Below are positions 1 to 16,198 of a DNA stretch of 64,000 nucleotides, piece after piece. Each line of letters begins with the position of its first letter. The first letter of the stretch is position 1. Source of the stretch: the human T2T-CHM13v2.0 reference genome, Homo sapiens. The stretch lies in the NCBI RefSeq assembly GCF_009914755.1, contig NC_060926.1, one strand, 5' to 3'. Under the pieces are notes generated by a model, which did no database searches, had not been told where the DNA came from, and saw only the letters and a program-made list of their open reading frames with translations. Both the position numbers and the translations under genes were made by a program.

Positions 1-911
1 TCAAGTGGAGTAGTGAGAAGAGAGGAAAGAGGAGGACGAGTTTTATGTGTAACTGACTCTGTTATAATGGAGATAACTCATCACCTTCAGACGCAGCCTC
101 AGCATTATTTAAGTCCATGTTTCCCAAACTTCCCTTACCATAGAATATTTTTTTCTTCTTTGTTCTGTATTTCTTTCCACAGTCTTCATTTGTTCCACAA
201 AACACACTTGGAGAATGGCTGGGCTGGAGATTCCCACTGGCTCTGGGGCAAGTCTGGCCAAAGGCATGATTCCAGACCACAGCTGGAATAGAACGTAGGC
301 TCCACCTTGCATGTAGGGGACTGTGTCTTACATGTCCTCCATATTCCAGGGTCCCTGAGCTAGAAAGGTTCTTGGTAGGGCTGGGAGCTGGGATATTGGG
401 GTGGAAAGAGCCTGCTTCCTATGAAACATCCTGGAAAGTTGCTGTCTGGCTTTTTGAACACCTCTAAGAATGGAAAGCCTTTTGTTAGAGCCATTTCTTA
501 AGAAGTCTGTCCTCCTACACTCCTGTTAATTAGTGTCCGAGCCACGTGGCCAAGCCCAATCCCTCGTGGCTGGTTATCCAACCACTGGCAGAATGGAGCC
601 CTCTTGTTTGCCTCCGAGTCCTCTTTTTGTCTTCGCTGTTGCTCATGTGATGTGGTCTAGAGTCCTGCACCTTCACATCCTCTTTCCTCTGTGTGGGCTG
701 TGATTGGCTGACATCCTTCCCACAGGGTGATGAGGAGAAGCAGATTTCAACACAGATTTGGCATTTCCCTGCAGGGCCTGGAGCAGCACCTCCCCCGAGG
801 CTCTATCCAGATGGCTCAAGCCTGTCCTCACCTGCCTGCCTTATTCCTTGGACAGCAACTCTATGGTTCCCTTCCTTTATGATTGCCTTTCTGTTTGAAG
901 AACTTTGCTTA

Positions 912-1152
912 GCCCCTCCCTTCCTTCCCTTCCTTCTTTCCTCCTTCCTTCCCTTCCTTCCTTCTTTCCTCCCTTCCTTCCCTTCCTCCTTTCCTTCTTT
1001 CCTCCCTTCCTTCCCTTCCCTTTCCTTCCTTCCCTTCCCCTTCCTTCCTTCCTTCCTTCCTTCCTGCCTTCCTTCCTTCCTCCCTCCCTCCCTCCCTCCT
1101 TCGTTCTTCTCCCTCCCTCCTTCCCTCCTTCCTGCCTTCCTGCCTTCTTTCC
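912..1152. repeat. (CCTT)n/(CCCT)n polypyrimidine tract
   Basis: ~240 bp almost purely C/T, at the tail end of an antisense Alu. Confidence 0.95.
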
Positions 1153-1154
1153 TT

Positions 1155-1441
1155 TGTCACAGTCTCGCTTTGTTACCCAAGCTGGAGTGCAGTGGTGTGA
1201 TCATGGCTCATTGTAGCCTCAAACTCCTAGGCTCAAGCAATCCTCCTACCTCAGCCTCCCAAGTAGCTGGGACCAAAGGCATGCATCACCACATCCAGCT
1301 AATTAAAAAAAAATGTTTTTGTAGAGCTCAGAGTCTCATTATGTTGCCCAGGCTGGTCTCAAACTCCTGGCCTCAAGGTATCATCCTGCCTCAGCCTCCC
1401 TTAAGTGCTAGGATTACAGGAATGAGCCACTTTGACTGACC
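1155..1441 (-). mobile_element. Alu (AluJ-like)
   Basis: Antisense Alu dimer sequence. Confidence 0.9.
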
Positions 1442-1740
1442 TGCCCTTAGCCATTCTTTGCGGGTAGGTCTGACTGTGACAAATTCTCTTAGTTTTCTTT
1501 ATCTAACGATGTCTTGATTTCGTCTTTATTTTTGAAAAATGTAGAATCCTGGGTTAATAGATTTGTTTTTCTTTCAATATTTGAAAAATCTGCCATTCTC
1601 TTGGTTGTCCATGCTTTCTGATGAGAAATCCATTCTCACTTGTATTGTGTTTCTCTGTAGACAATGGGATGTTTATCTCTAGCTGCTTTCAAGACTTTCT
1701 CTTTGTCTTTAGTTTTCTGAACTTTGATTATAATATATCC

Positions 1741-2000
<260 letters not shown>

Positions 2001-2227
2001 TTAACGATGTGTCTTGATGTGGATTTCTTTGGATTCATCCTATGTGGGGGTGCTTGGCTTCTTGGATCTGTAGATTAGTATCTTTTACCATATTTGGAGA
2101 GTTTCCAGCCATTATTTCTTTGAATTCTTTTTCAGACCCACACCCTTTCTCCTCTCCTTGAACTCCAGTCATACAAATGTTAGATATTTTGTTGTAGTCC
2201 CACGGTCCCTGGGGCTCTGTTCATTTC

Positions 2228-2642
<415 letters not shown>

Positions 2643-2714
2643 TAGTCATATTAATGCTGTTATTTATATTGTATTTTTCTTTCTTAAATTTTTTTTTTCC
2701 CTTTACTCCTGTGA

Positions 2715-3114
<400 letters not shown>

Positions 3115-3691
3115 GAGACATTTTATTTTTTAATGTGTTTTAAGCACGTTCATAATTGCAAATTGAAGCATTTTTATGATGACTATTTAGAAATCCTTGT
3201 TAGAGAATCCTCAAATCTGTGTCATCTGGGCGCTGCATCATTGATTGCCTCTTCTCATTCAAGTTATTTTACCTGTTCTTGGTATAATGAGTGGTTTTCA
3301 GTTGTCTCCTAGACATTTTGGGTATTGTGTTGTGAGATTCTAGGTCCTCTTCTGTCTTCTTTTTTTGCAGGGCATTTATCCTGTTTAGGTCTAGCACACA
3401 GATCTAGGTGGGATTGGATGTTCGCTTCACCACTGGGCCTTGCTGATACCATCTCAGCAAAAGCAGGATATTGCCTCACACCCCTATGCCTTTCCTCATT
3501 GCTGATGATGGGATGGAATTTCAGCTCCCCACTGGGCCCTGCTGGTGGAGGCTTTTTAAAAAAATGACAATATATGTACATATTATAAGTATGTGAAACA
3601 TATGCTTAATTTTTACAAAGTGGAAGTTTAGGAGCATTTTACACATTTTCCTATTTCTTTGCATGTTCTTATAAAAACATATCAAATTCTG

Positions 3692-4006
<315 letters not shown>

Positions 4007-5502
4007 TCAAATTCTTTTTTGCCATTAGCTTCTGGAGTTATTTACTCACCTATTAACTCCTCCCCTCCCCCTGCCCTCCATCTCTCGAGCTTTCCTGTGG
4101 CTGTGGGGCAGGGAGCTGCTCTTCTCTGACACGTCCTTTTGTGGAATGGGGAGAAAGGAGGGAGAGGCACACCCCATGTGAGATGAGGGGTTGGCTTCTG
4201 TTGGGAGAAGCCCTGAAGGGCAGCTGGGGCCAGAAGCAGCATAACCAGAAGGCGTTAGTCCCCATCCTGTCATTACCACTGAATTCCTGTGTGACTCCAT
4301 CATCTGCGATAAGAGGGGTTTGGCCTAGTCCTCTCTCTGATCCTGTGCTTAGGTTGCATACATTATTCTAGAGTTTCCCAGGAACTTCCCAGGGAACACG
4401 TCAGCCCAGTGGCAGGTGCTGGTTGGGAGGGGCCTGTTCTGTGTCCTTGGCAGTGTCTGAGCACCCCCACCCAGCCTGTGGTACTGACAGGGCCTTTCAG
4501 GCTCTCCAGGCTGGGGCTGGCCTTGGAGGGGGTGGGGCAGTGGTATTTTGGGAGATAAGCCAGCACAGTGTCAGTCTGGAGGCAGTGCCAGCTTGCCTCC
4601 ATTATCCGCTTTTCTACCTGGGGGGGCGTGGCCTGTGAAGGGATGGGGGGCTTCCAGCCTTTCTCCTCAGCCTGGGCCAGGGCCCAGGACACAGGGCATC
4701 AGGGCTCTAAGGGACCAGGAGGTCACCCAGTGTCTGATCACAAATGACAGTTTGGAAGCCCAAGGAGGGCAGGGACTTGTTGGAGGGCACACAGTAATGG
4801 TGACAAAGTCAGGACTGGAACCAACTCTCTGTCCACTTGCCTGGAACCCTTGGCCATGCCCTATGCTAACCATCTTTAGCCTGGGGGCACCTTATCCTGA
4901 GGGATGGGTACCTGAGACAGAGATGGGGGAGGCGCCTGAGCATACCACCTCCTAGGGTCCCTACCAGGGGCCCTTGCTCCCCATGCTCCCTGGGATCTGA
5001 CCTCCAGCTAGGCCTGGGATGGTCCTGGTTTATAAGGGGGCAACACCAGCCCAGGGGGTCAGAACTCCCCCTACCTGTTCCCTGCCATACAATGTATGGG
5101 GCTGAGACTCTGGTCTGCAGCTTGGATCTCAGGTCTGGTCCTGGAAGAAGCGGCGAATGTTGCAGGGGCGGGGGCTTCTTATGCCGCCAGCCACTTCCTC
5201 TCCCCACGTGCAGTCAGGTTGGTGTCGCTCTCTCAACACCCATGTGGAACCTGGCTGGCGCTGGTTCCAGAGATATAAGGCATGAATCCTGCCCCCAAGG
5301 AGCTCACAGTCTAGGTCTGTGTGGCTGGCTGGTGGGCCAGGAGAGGGGCGGGCAGTTACAGTCAGCGGATGAGTGGTGCTGTGATAGGGAAGTGCTGGCC
5401 CTAGAAAGGCAGATGAGAGGCACCTCTTTTCTAGAGAGTCAGTAAGGACTCCCCTTGGGAGCACGTGGGTGGGAATTGGCCAAGGGAGATAGGTATAAAG
5501 TG

Positions 5503-5809
5503 TTTTTTTTTTGGTTGTTTTTGTTTTGAGATGGAGTCTCATTCTGTCATCCAGGCTGGAGTGCAGTGGCACAATCTCGACTCATTGCAACTTCTGCCTC
5601 CTGGGCTCAAGCAATTCTCCTGTCTCAGCCTCCTGAGTAGCTGAGATTACAGGCATGCGCCACCATGCCCAGCTAATTTTTGTATTTTTGGTAGAGACGG
5701 GGTTTTACCATGTTGCCCAGGCTGGTCTCGAACCCCTGGCCTCAGGTGATCTGCCTGCTTTGGCCTCCTAAAGTGCTGGGATGACAGGCGTGAGCCACCG
5801 TGCCCGGCC
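5503..5809 (-). mobile_element. Alu (AluS-like)
   Basis: Antisense Alu; TSD ggagatRggtataa. Confidence 0.9.
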
Positions 5810-8379
5810 GGAGATGGGTATAAGTAAGGGGTAGGAAGGGATATGGGAAAGGCTTTTGGGGTGGAGGGAACAGCATGAACAAAGGCCAGGAGAGGAGAGG
5901 AGCATGACAGCTACATCCCAGAGCAAGGGGAGAAGACCCCTCAGTGAAGTCCCTGCTAATAGCCCAGCTACGTGTTCAGGAGACTATTTGGATATAGGAT
6001 GCTCAGGTCATTTGCAATGGGAAGTGTGTTCAGGGTATCTAGTCCTTCTTGTTGCTAGACATAGAAACAGCTTTGTTCACTTTACAAATCAACAAGGGCC
6101 AAGAGGACTCTTGGTGACATTTTTACTGAGGGAACAGGATCAGAATTTAGTAGTCTTCCACTGACCAAATCCATCAGCATGGAAAGTTATAGAATGTTGG
6201 TTTCTGAAATCTTGAGTAGATTTCTGGGGTAGATGGGGGCTATCCCCTGTGGATGTGGAGGGGGCTACTTATTTGGTACTTTCAAGAGCCCTCTTCCCAG
6301 CTTGTGATTCTGTATTGTGAGTCAGTTTAATTCATTCACATCAAGTATTTGTTCATCGGTTCTGGGGGTGGGAGCAGGCCAGTGTGAGCACACCCAGGAG
6401 AGTCGGGGCAATGACTGGGAACACTGGGCACTGGAGGAGACAGGTGACATCTGGTTTCCTTCATAGCTGTTGACCCTCTTCCGAGGGTCTGGCCGCCCTT
6501 CCACCAGGGGTCGATACAGGCTTTGTGAGACTCGAGGCTTAAACAATTTGGGGGCTTCTTTAAGAAAGAAAACAAAATTAAGTATGAAAATATTTTTTTA
6601 GAATGAGAAAAGAAGTCACAACAAATGACTGAGGGCTGGATTCGTGTCCCTTTCTTTCTGAGGTCTCTTCAGGGGAGTTCCAGAGAGCTTCCAGGTGGCA
6701 GCCTGGCTGCCCTCCCCACCTGGAGTGCCCCAATCCTTCCAGGCAGCTCCTGGCTCCCCCAGAGGCCCGGGGCTCAGGTTGTGTTTGCCTCAGCGGTTTC
6801 CACCCATGCTCCTCGACTGGCCTGCTCCTTACCTCGGGGATTTCATGTGGATGTCACACCTCACTGCCCCTGGGATTCGCTCTCTGTCCATGGTCACAGT
6901 GAGGGTGAGTGCGTGCTCTGTGCCTGGCAGGCACACTGAGGGTCACTGGAGCCACCCCAGGGAGGGAGGATCTGCAGTCTTCCTGCTAGGCATATGAAAG
7001 AACCAAGACTCAGAGAGTTTGTTTCTTGCCTAAGATGTCATTGCTGGGATCAGAATCCAGTCTGGAATCCAGGGGCTTCAGAGCCCTGGTTCTTAAGGGC
7101 TGTGCTGTGTTATCCATCCTCCTTTATTGCAGGTAACACAGGAACAAGCAGGGGGTTACCTGCTGGGGCCTCTCTCCATCACTCAGCTCCTGAGGGCAGG
7201 CTGTGCTGCCTCCTGTGTCTCTAGCATTTGGCACAGAGCATGGCCAGCCCACCTTGGGAACACATAATGCTCGGCCATCCAGTGGAGGCAGAGTGTGGAG
7301 AGCCCAGGAGCTGAAGGAGGATGCAGTGGGGCCTGATTAGAGGGGCTTGGCAGCCATGGTGCTAAGTCTGGCCCTTACACCAAGGACAGCAGGGGCCATG
7401 AGGGGTGTCCAGCAGGGCACGGCCATCGGATCTGTGTTCTAGAAGCTCCGACTCAAGCAGCGACATGCAGATGGGCTTTGGGGGAGCTGCACACACACCG
7501 TCTCCCTGCCAGAGCTGAGGGACACCAAAACCTGCCTTGTCACGTCCCCGCCCTGGGTTCCCATGGTTGAGTCGCTCTCACTCACAAGCTGTGTGGCTTG
7601 GGGCAAGGGCTTAACTTGCCAGGCCTCTCTTTCCCCACCTGGGCATCTTCATACCTGTCTCCCAAGGGGAATCTGCACAGCCACTGTTCCTGGTTTGGAG
7701 GAAGAGTCTCCTTTCTGGGCCTCTGCTACAGGGAGTTCAGGAGTTCCGTTCGCCTTGTCAGCTGTGACCTCTGGCTTGGGGCCAGCACCTGCCCCAGAGG
7801 GACCTTGTTCTCAGTCATAATTGGCTGGCCCTCCTTGCTCCCTCCTGGATCTTGGTAAATGACAGCAGCTACTCCCAAGGCCTGCCCTCCCTGGCCATCT
7901 CAGGGAAGAGGAGAGAGTCCCAGGAAGGAGCTACCCCGTGTGCAAGCATTTCAGCAGCCCAGGCCTCGTGGGGTGTAGTTGGCCTCCCACCAGCCATCCC
8001 TGTGTGTTCCACACACCTGCTGATTCCTTTGTACAGAATATGGGGAGGAGCTGCCTGGGAAAATTCATAGTATCTTTGGGCGAGTGGCTGTTTGCAAGCC
8101 TGCATACAAATTGAGTCCTTGGCTTCCACTGTGTGCCCCCTGGATGGTGAGGGCTAGAAGGGGGTAGCATGAGGAGTGGGACTGGCTGTCATTCCAGAGA
8201 GAGGATGCCAGCCTGGGATTTCCGCCCAAGAGCCTGGGTTCAGTGAGAAAGTACACATGGGCTGCTAGGATTCACATTTTCCAAAAGTTAAGGTGGAGAA
8301 ATCTGGTTGGGACGAAGGCCACAGGCTTTCTGCTCTGCAAGGATTTCTGGGGAAGTGATGGAGAGCCTACCAAGTGCTA

Positions 8380-8580
8380 GACAAAATTACAAGCTGTTAC
8401 ATGCACCTTTGAAATCCTTACAGCAACCCTATCAAGTCAGTACTATTGGTGTACCCATTTTATAGATGAGGAAACTGAGGTCAAGAAAGGTAAAGTTCTG
8501 ACCAGAGGGCACACAGCTGGAAGTAGCAGGATCAGGATTCAAACCCAGCTGCCTGCTGCCAAGGCCTGGATGCTCACTCT
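8380..8580 (-). mobile_element. MIR
   Basis: MIR core cccattttatagatgaggaaactgagg. Confidence 0.75.
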
Positions 8581-8884
8581 GTCTTTCTGCCTCTAGGAGA
8601 GTTAGTAAACAGAAGCAGATTGAGCCCAGAGGCCATGTGAGCAAAACCAGGAGTTCTACCAACAACATCCCTGCACCAAGCCAGCTATGCACTTCCTGGC
8701 TGCAGTCACCAGGCAGGGGGGCCCAGTGCTCTCTCTTTCTGTGGTGTCCATGACCCTAGAGGACAGGTCGGCCACTTGGTAGTGCCTGTGCTCCGGTGAG
8801 CCACAGAGGCAATGAGACCAAGGGGAAAATCTCTCGGCTCGGTCTCTCCCCCGCGCAGGGAGCTATGGGCTCCTTCAGCGAGTG

Positions 8885-8906
8885 GTTGCTATGCAGCCTT
8901 GTTTAT
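8885..8906 (+). promoter_or_regulatory. RFX X-box-like motif adjacent to a forkhead motif
   Basis: GTTGCTATGCAGC (8885-8897; perfect GTTGCT half-site, imperfect second half) followed by TGTTTAT (8900-8906). Confidence 0.4.
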
Positions 8907-9141
8907 TCAAGGAGAGCTTTGCTGAGAGCTGGAGCACGCCAGCAGTGGAGCTCGTGGCCACCCAGCCCCTGCTCAGACAGGAGGCTGCGGCCCAGGACTG
9001 TGTGGCTGGTGGGGGCCAGGGTGGGCCAGGCCTGGGGCTGCCCCGTCCTTGCCTCCCTGGGCCCATGAGCATCAACGTCTCTATAGAGACCAAGGACCCT
9101 GGATTCCTCCAGTGACAGGGGTTTGGCCTCTGGACAGAGAG
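8900..9141 (+). other. TOGARAM2: Probable non-coding exon 1 (5'UTR) of TOGARAM2; start approximate
   Basis: Donor GAG|GTGAGA at 9141/9142, locally raised CpG and a promoter-like motif pair just upstream. Position agrees with my recollection of a non-coding first exon ~13 kb before the ATG exon. The TSS cannot be read from sequence. Confidence 0.55.
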
Positions 9142-10420
9142 GTGAGAGACGATAGGTCCACCAAGCCATCTATTGTAGGTGGTGAATGGGAGGCTGGGTC
9201 AGGACCCCTGAAGTCCCTGGAGGGAGGGATAAAGACCTGAACTGGAGCAAGCACAAACACACAGAGAAAGAAAAAGCATCCTGCTGTGACTTGGAGGCTG
9301 TGTGACCGTGGGGATGTCTCTGACCCTTTCTGGGCCTTCATGTGGCAGCTCTAGGGGAGGAGGTTGGACTCACTGTTCTCTGAGCACTGGGAGCCAAGGA
9401 AGGAGGGGCTGGCCTGGGCTGACCCCTTCCCCGAGTCATGGCCTCTGTGGGCAGTGCTCTCTACCTCAGGGTGAACCCTTCACAGGGCAACAGCTCCCTG
9501 GGGTGCTGTGGGCGATGGTGCCGGGAAGGGTGGGGGCATGCTGTGGGGATGGCACCCGTGCTTAGGGGTGCTGGGGCACCCCGTGAGAGCATAGGCCTTG
9601 GAGGGGCTCTGCTCTGGGTTTGAATTCTAACCCCCCCTCTTTCTGGCTGTGTGGACTTGAGCTCTTTGCCTCTCTGAGCCTCAGGTTTCTCATCTGTGAA
9701 GAAGGGTTTAAAAAAAGCCCCCTTGGTGCTGTCTGTGAGCATGGAGACAGTCAGGAGGGCAGCTGGCACGTTAGCCCATGCGCAGAATGGAAGTTACTGT
9801 TTGTTGTTGATGCTGTTGTTAGGTGGAGATTGGCATGTTCCTTTCTGGAGCACATTTCAGTCTCCTGAAACTAAGGTTTTGCCAGTCACTTCTCCAGGAC
9901 AAGGGCTGGTGCTGGCGGGGGACCTCAGAGGGCTGCCATTTCCTCAGGAGCGCTGGGAGGGGAGGGACTGGGGCCCGTACTCTGTCGGAGCATCACTGAG
10001 GCAGGCCACAGGGCATTGGTGCCTGGCCCCAGGAAGTGGTGTGAGGGGCCCATAATCGCTTCTATCCTGAACTGGGCAGTCCCTCGCTCTTCTCACCAAT
10101 GCCCTGCGGGAGACGGCCCTGCAGCCTTCTAGCCACAGGCTGGCTCCCAGGACTGGCTCAGTTTCAGCCCATGGAGCCTGAGACTAACAGATTTGAAGAA
10201 AGGGGGAGGTAGTTGGGGGCAAGGGATGGGGAGATGTCAACCTGAGCTCTGGAGAGACCTGCCTCTGAGGGCAGCGCATCCTCCCATTGACCCCACGGCT
10301 ACCTCAGAGGCACCAGACTCTGCTCACTAGCACAGAGGCTGGAAGTTTATTATTGCAGACAGAAGAATGCATAAAATGCATGCAGTGTGAGGAATAATTA
10401 TAAAGTGAATGTCCATGTAG

Positions 10421-10941
<521 letters not shown>

Positions 10942-12619
10942 TATGTATGCATTTCTAAACACTCGATGTAATTTTGTCTTTCTTTGAACTTTATAGAAGT
11001 AGGGGCATACCCTGTGTGGTCTCTTGGGTCTGTCTTCTTTCACTAAACATTACGCTGTGGCATCGTCCATAGTGTTGAGTGGGGCAGTCGTTTGTTTCAT
11101 TGCTCTGTAATATTCTATGTTGTGAGTGCACCATGATTTAGTCCTTCATTTTCCTGTTGGACATTTAGATTTTTTCCAGATTTTGGCCATTATCCATGGC
11201 ACTGCTCTGGACACTCTCGAGCTCCTTTCCTGGATCACCTGTGCAAGACTTTCTCAAGGGTGGGTTCCTAGGAGTGGAATTGCTGAACATTAGGTTTGTG
11301 CATTTTTAGCTTTATCAGGTAAAGCCAGACCACTTTCCCAAGGGTTTGTGCCCATTTGCATCTCACCTGCCAGCTGTCATGAGTGCTCCCATTGCTCTGT
11401 GCTCTCACTAGCACTTGGCATTGCCGCCCATCTCAATTTTTGCCCATCTTTGTGGGATGGTGGTAGCATCTCATTTGCATTTTCTTGATTACCAGGGGGT
11501 TGAGCATCTGCCCCCAGCCATTCTTCCTCACCTCTTTCCTCCTCTGTTGGGTGCCTCCCTTCCTCTGCTCTCTGTGATCTCAGCCCCTCATGGTGCTCAG
11601 GCTTTTGAGCCCCATTTTTCTCTCTGCCCTCCCCACTCCTCCATCCCTCTCCTCCATTCTTCTTCTTGGAGAACCAATCACTATTCCACATACTTCTTAG
11701 TGTTTGAATTACAGACCCAGGCTCCAGAGCCACTGTCTGGAAGTCTGAGTTTCCCATTTCGTGTTTTAAAACCTCTGGTTCTTGGCCCAACTCACATCCC
11801 TTCCTGGGTCTTGGATTTCTCTTCAACAAAACAAAGACAGAAAAAAAAATGTCCCTCCACAGAAGCCATTTATATTTCCCAGGCAAAACCTGGTGTATGT
11901 CCTGGAGAGGCACACACAAAACTCTGGCTCCTATTCAAGAAAGTCGGCTTTCTCATGGGCCATTGGGAAGGGACAGGGCCGGGGTCTGAAGTCTTCTGAG
12001 CTTCTTGCAGGGAGGCCTTTGCCAAGAGCCCTTTCCTGGGGTGTGACAGACATTCAGATGCTAGAGTCATGCCAATACACCTTTGCTGAGACTTTGGACA
12101 AGATGCTTTCTTGCTTCCTAGTCCCTTCTGATCCTCTGAGTACATGTGCTTGTTTACAGTCTACAGTTTGAAGATTCAAGCTCCTGCTACTGGGCAGGAA
12201 TCCTCAACTGATCAGCCAAACCCTGCAGAAGGCATTCCTGGGGCAGTGGACCAAGCCATTTTTCATTCGAGACTCCAGGACTATGATCAAGTGCTAGGAT
12301 AACTCTTACCTTGATGGTGGAAATCTCAGGGCCAGCAGAAGACTTCCAAGCCCCAGCCAATGGCTGTGTGATTTCAGGCAGGATTGATGCGGTGGTATCC
12401 TACCCCTCCCAAAACCTTAATCCTTGGGAGCACACTACACAGGCTCTGACCAGGCACTGTAGTGGCAAGGTGACCATTTTGGGGAGGCCTTGATGGGAAG
12501 CTGGAAAAGGAAGCTTTCCTCCCAGTCCTGCTGAAGGCCTTGCCAGCTGGCAGCCAGTGTGATGCCTATAGGGGTATGGGCCCTGGGATAGGTATTGGCT
12601 CCTGATGGCCTTATGTAGG

Positions 12620-12918
12620 TGTTATAGACTGAATGCATGCGTCCCACAAATGCAAATGTTAAAGCCTAACCCCCCATGTGTTGGTATTAGGAGGTGGGGC
12701 CTTCGGGAGGTAATTAGATTCAGATGAGGTCGTGAGGGTGGTTGTCTCATGATGGGTTAGTGCCCTTAGAAGAAGAGACCAGAGAGCTTGCTCTCCGTCT
12801 CTCTCTCTGCCATGTGAGGACAAAGGGAAGACAGCTACCTGCAATCCAGGAAGTGAGTCCTCACCAGGAGTGGAATCAGCTGGCACCTTGATCTTGGACT
12901 TCCCAGCCTCCAGAACTA
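12620..12918 (+). mobile_element. MaLR LTR fragment (MLT1A/B-like)
   Basis: tgttatagactgaatg...ggaggtggggcctt...gatcttggacttcccagcctccagaact. Confidence 0.8.
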
Positions 12919-12929
12919 AATTGCTGGGG

Positions 12930-13039
12930 TTTTTTTTTTGTTTTGCTTTTCATTTTTTTGTTTTGTTTTTGTTTTTGTTTTAAGTCGGAGTTTTGCTCTT
13001 GTTGCCCAGGCTGGAGTGCAATGGTGTGATCTCGGCTCA
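12930..13039 (-). mobile_element. Alu 3' fragment
   Basis: T-rich tail plus ~55 bp of Alu right arm. Confidence 0.8.
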
Positions 13040-13324
13040 TTAACCCCTCATTTACAAGGGAGGAAACTAGCTGACCTCCAAGGCCCCTTCCAGCTTGAAA
13101 TTTAGTAACAGAAGAAAGGCATGGGAAATTCTGTTAAATTACTAGACCAAGTTCTGATTAATCTCTAATTTATATTTGCACCAACACGATACACAAAGGT
13201 GGGGGCAGGTTCAGAAGATTTTGAATTTTGTAAATTTGTGTATAAGTTACATATGCTTTGTTACTAGGACCACAGCCCACTCATATGGTTCCTTTGTGAA
13301 TTAGAAAAAGATGTCTCTTTCTCA

Positions 13325-13819
<495 letters not shown>

Positions 13820-14898
13820 TTATCTCATTGTTTTTCAAAAACAGCCTAAATAAAACTTTCTCTCCCCCCTAGGCTTTCCTATGTCTTTTAGACTGTTAAT
13901 TCTCACATCAGAATTTCCTGGGGTTGTGGAGGGGGGATGTTTTAAATGCTGCGGCCCATCCACCCCCAACCCGAGATACCCACACTGAGCTGCTATTACA
14001 AATGGATGGCCACATTCCTCGGCTGCGTTGGGCATAAAACAGTTGGGAAGTGCTGCTTTGGGTTTCTGACCACTTCCTCTGCCCTGTCCTGGGAGGTCAT
14101 TAGATTCAGGTGTGAACTGCCTCCTGAACAGACTGTTCTGTTAAGAAAGGTTCTTCCCAGCAACGTGCTACTTGACCCCTGTTGTAAGTGTCCCGCCCCA
14201 GCCTGCCCACTGCTTCCTGCTCACCCTGGACAGCTCAGGAAATGGAAGGACCTCCTGCTGCACAAGGTGGCACCTCCGTGTTGCTGTCCAGCCTCAGCCA
14301 GGCCTCTGTAGCTTCTTGGCCCAAAGACTTTCAAAAGGGACATTTCCCCTCTTCCTGAACATCTGAACACAGCAAAACAGTTACTAAACAACCAATACTA
14401 TTAATAGCCACTGTGGATCGAGCCCTTGGGCCCAATCAGCCTATTAAATGTTTCTCATATTTTGTGGAATATTCTCAATAACCTTGGAGATAGATATTAT
14501 TATTTCCATTTCGCAGTTAAATGGAGACTCAGAGAACTTTAATCATGTGCCTGAAGTCACACAGCTAGCAGGTGATGGAATTTAACCCTGTTGACTCCTG
14601 AATGAATGCCCTGAAATACTGCCACCTCCGTGAGCAGAAACCATCAGCCCCGACTCTTCTACTTAGTAGCTCTGTGGCCTCAACCTAGTTACTTAACCTC
14701 TCTGAACCTCAATCATCTTGTCTATAAAATGAAGATGAAAATACATACTTTCTTTCTCTATTTCCAAAGCTCAATGACATAGTATTTGGAAGCACACTGT
14801 AGTACATTGCCCCGGGCGCAAAGCAAAATGGAACTAAGAAATGTTAATTCCTTCACTTAGGTTCTTCTCAATAAGACTGTCTGGAAGATGTGCTTTAG

Positions 14899-15190
<292 letters not shown>

Positions 15191-16198
15191 AATGTGCTTT
15201 AGTTTTGAATTCATTCATTCAGTCACACTACAGTTACTGCATTATTGCCATGAACCTGGCACTGTTTGTCCCTTTGTCTGCATTCTGTGGAATTGCTGGC
15301 TGGCTGCACCCTATATTGTCTGAGAACAGAGTGGCTACAGGAGTATTAACCCCACCTGATCTCACGATGGGAGAGGAGACGCCATCTGCAGCAGTGGTGG
15401 TAGACCCAGAGCTGGTAAAGAGTTGTGGTGGGGGGCTTCTCATCTGCGAACGGCCTTTCTGCTGGCCCCCACATGCCAGTCACAGCTGGAGTCAGGGGCC
15501 TGAGTGGCGGGGGGCCTTGGATGCCCCCACAGGGGGTCTGATGGGTGTGGACATCAGTCTCGCAGTTGGGGGTGAAGTGGCTCTTGGGACTGCCAGCTCT
15601 AGGAGTGGCCGAGTTGAGGGTCAGTGTGGAAACCAGCCCTGCCCCAAGCTAATAAAGATGGACATGCAGGTGGAGCCATCCAGGCCTCCTTGCAGCTTGT
15701 CTGCAGCTCCAGAGAGGGAGGTCTGGGCTCTACGGTAGGCTTGGAAGTCCCGATAATCAGATGGCAATTGAAATCACAAGGGTAGGTGCTGCCTGTAAGA
15801 AGCCCTCCTAATAAAGATGGAGGCATCTGGGAGAGGAAAGGAAAGGAATGGTTTGGTTCTTCTAAAGTCAGAATATGTCTCCGTGACTGTTCAGAACTTC
15901 ACACTCCTGAGTCCAGCTCTCATGTGCAGCAGACTCACCTCCCTCTTCACTGCCAATATCAAGGCCGTTCTACGTGCCCTTTCTCTCTTCCTGACCTCTC
16001 CCTCTGTAGGACCCTTGGCTCTTCCTCCAGGGTCCGAGGACTGGTGCTCCCATCTGGCCCAGCCTGTGCCCTTCTCCCTCAGCTGTTAGCACTGGGCTCC
16101 CGCTCCATCAGCTCCCCTCCCTCCCCTGTGTCTTCAGCCTTTTCCTTCTGACTCTTTCTCCTCCTCCTGTGAACACGCTCTAGAATCTCCTACCCTGA

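Noticed and set aside
693-1439. 248-aa Pro/Ser/Phe/Leu-rich ORF
   Set aside because: It is the (CCTT)n tract plus an antisense Alu.
15388-15402. CTCF-like motif cgccatctgcagc
   Set aside because: Mismatched at key core positions; cannot be supported without ChIP data.
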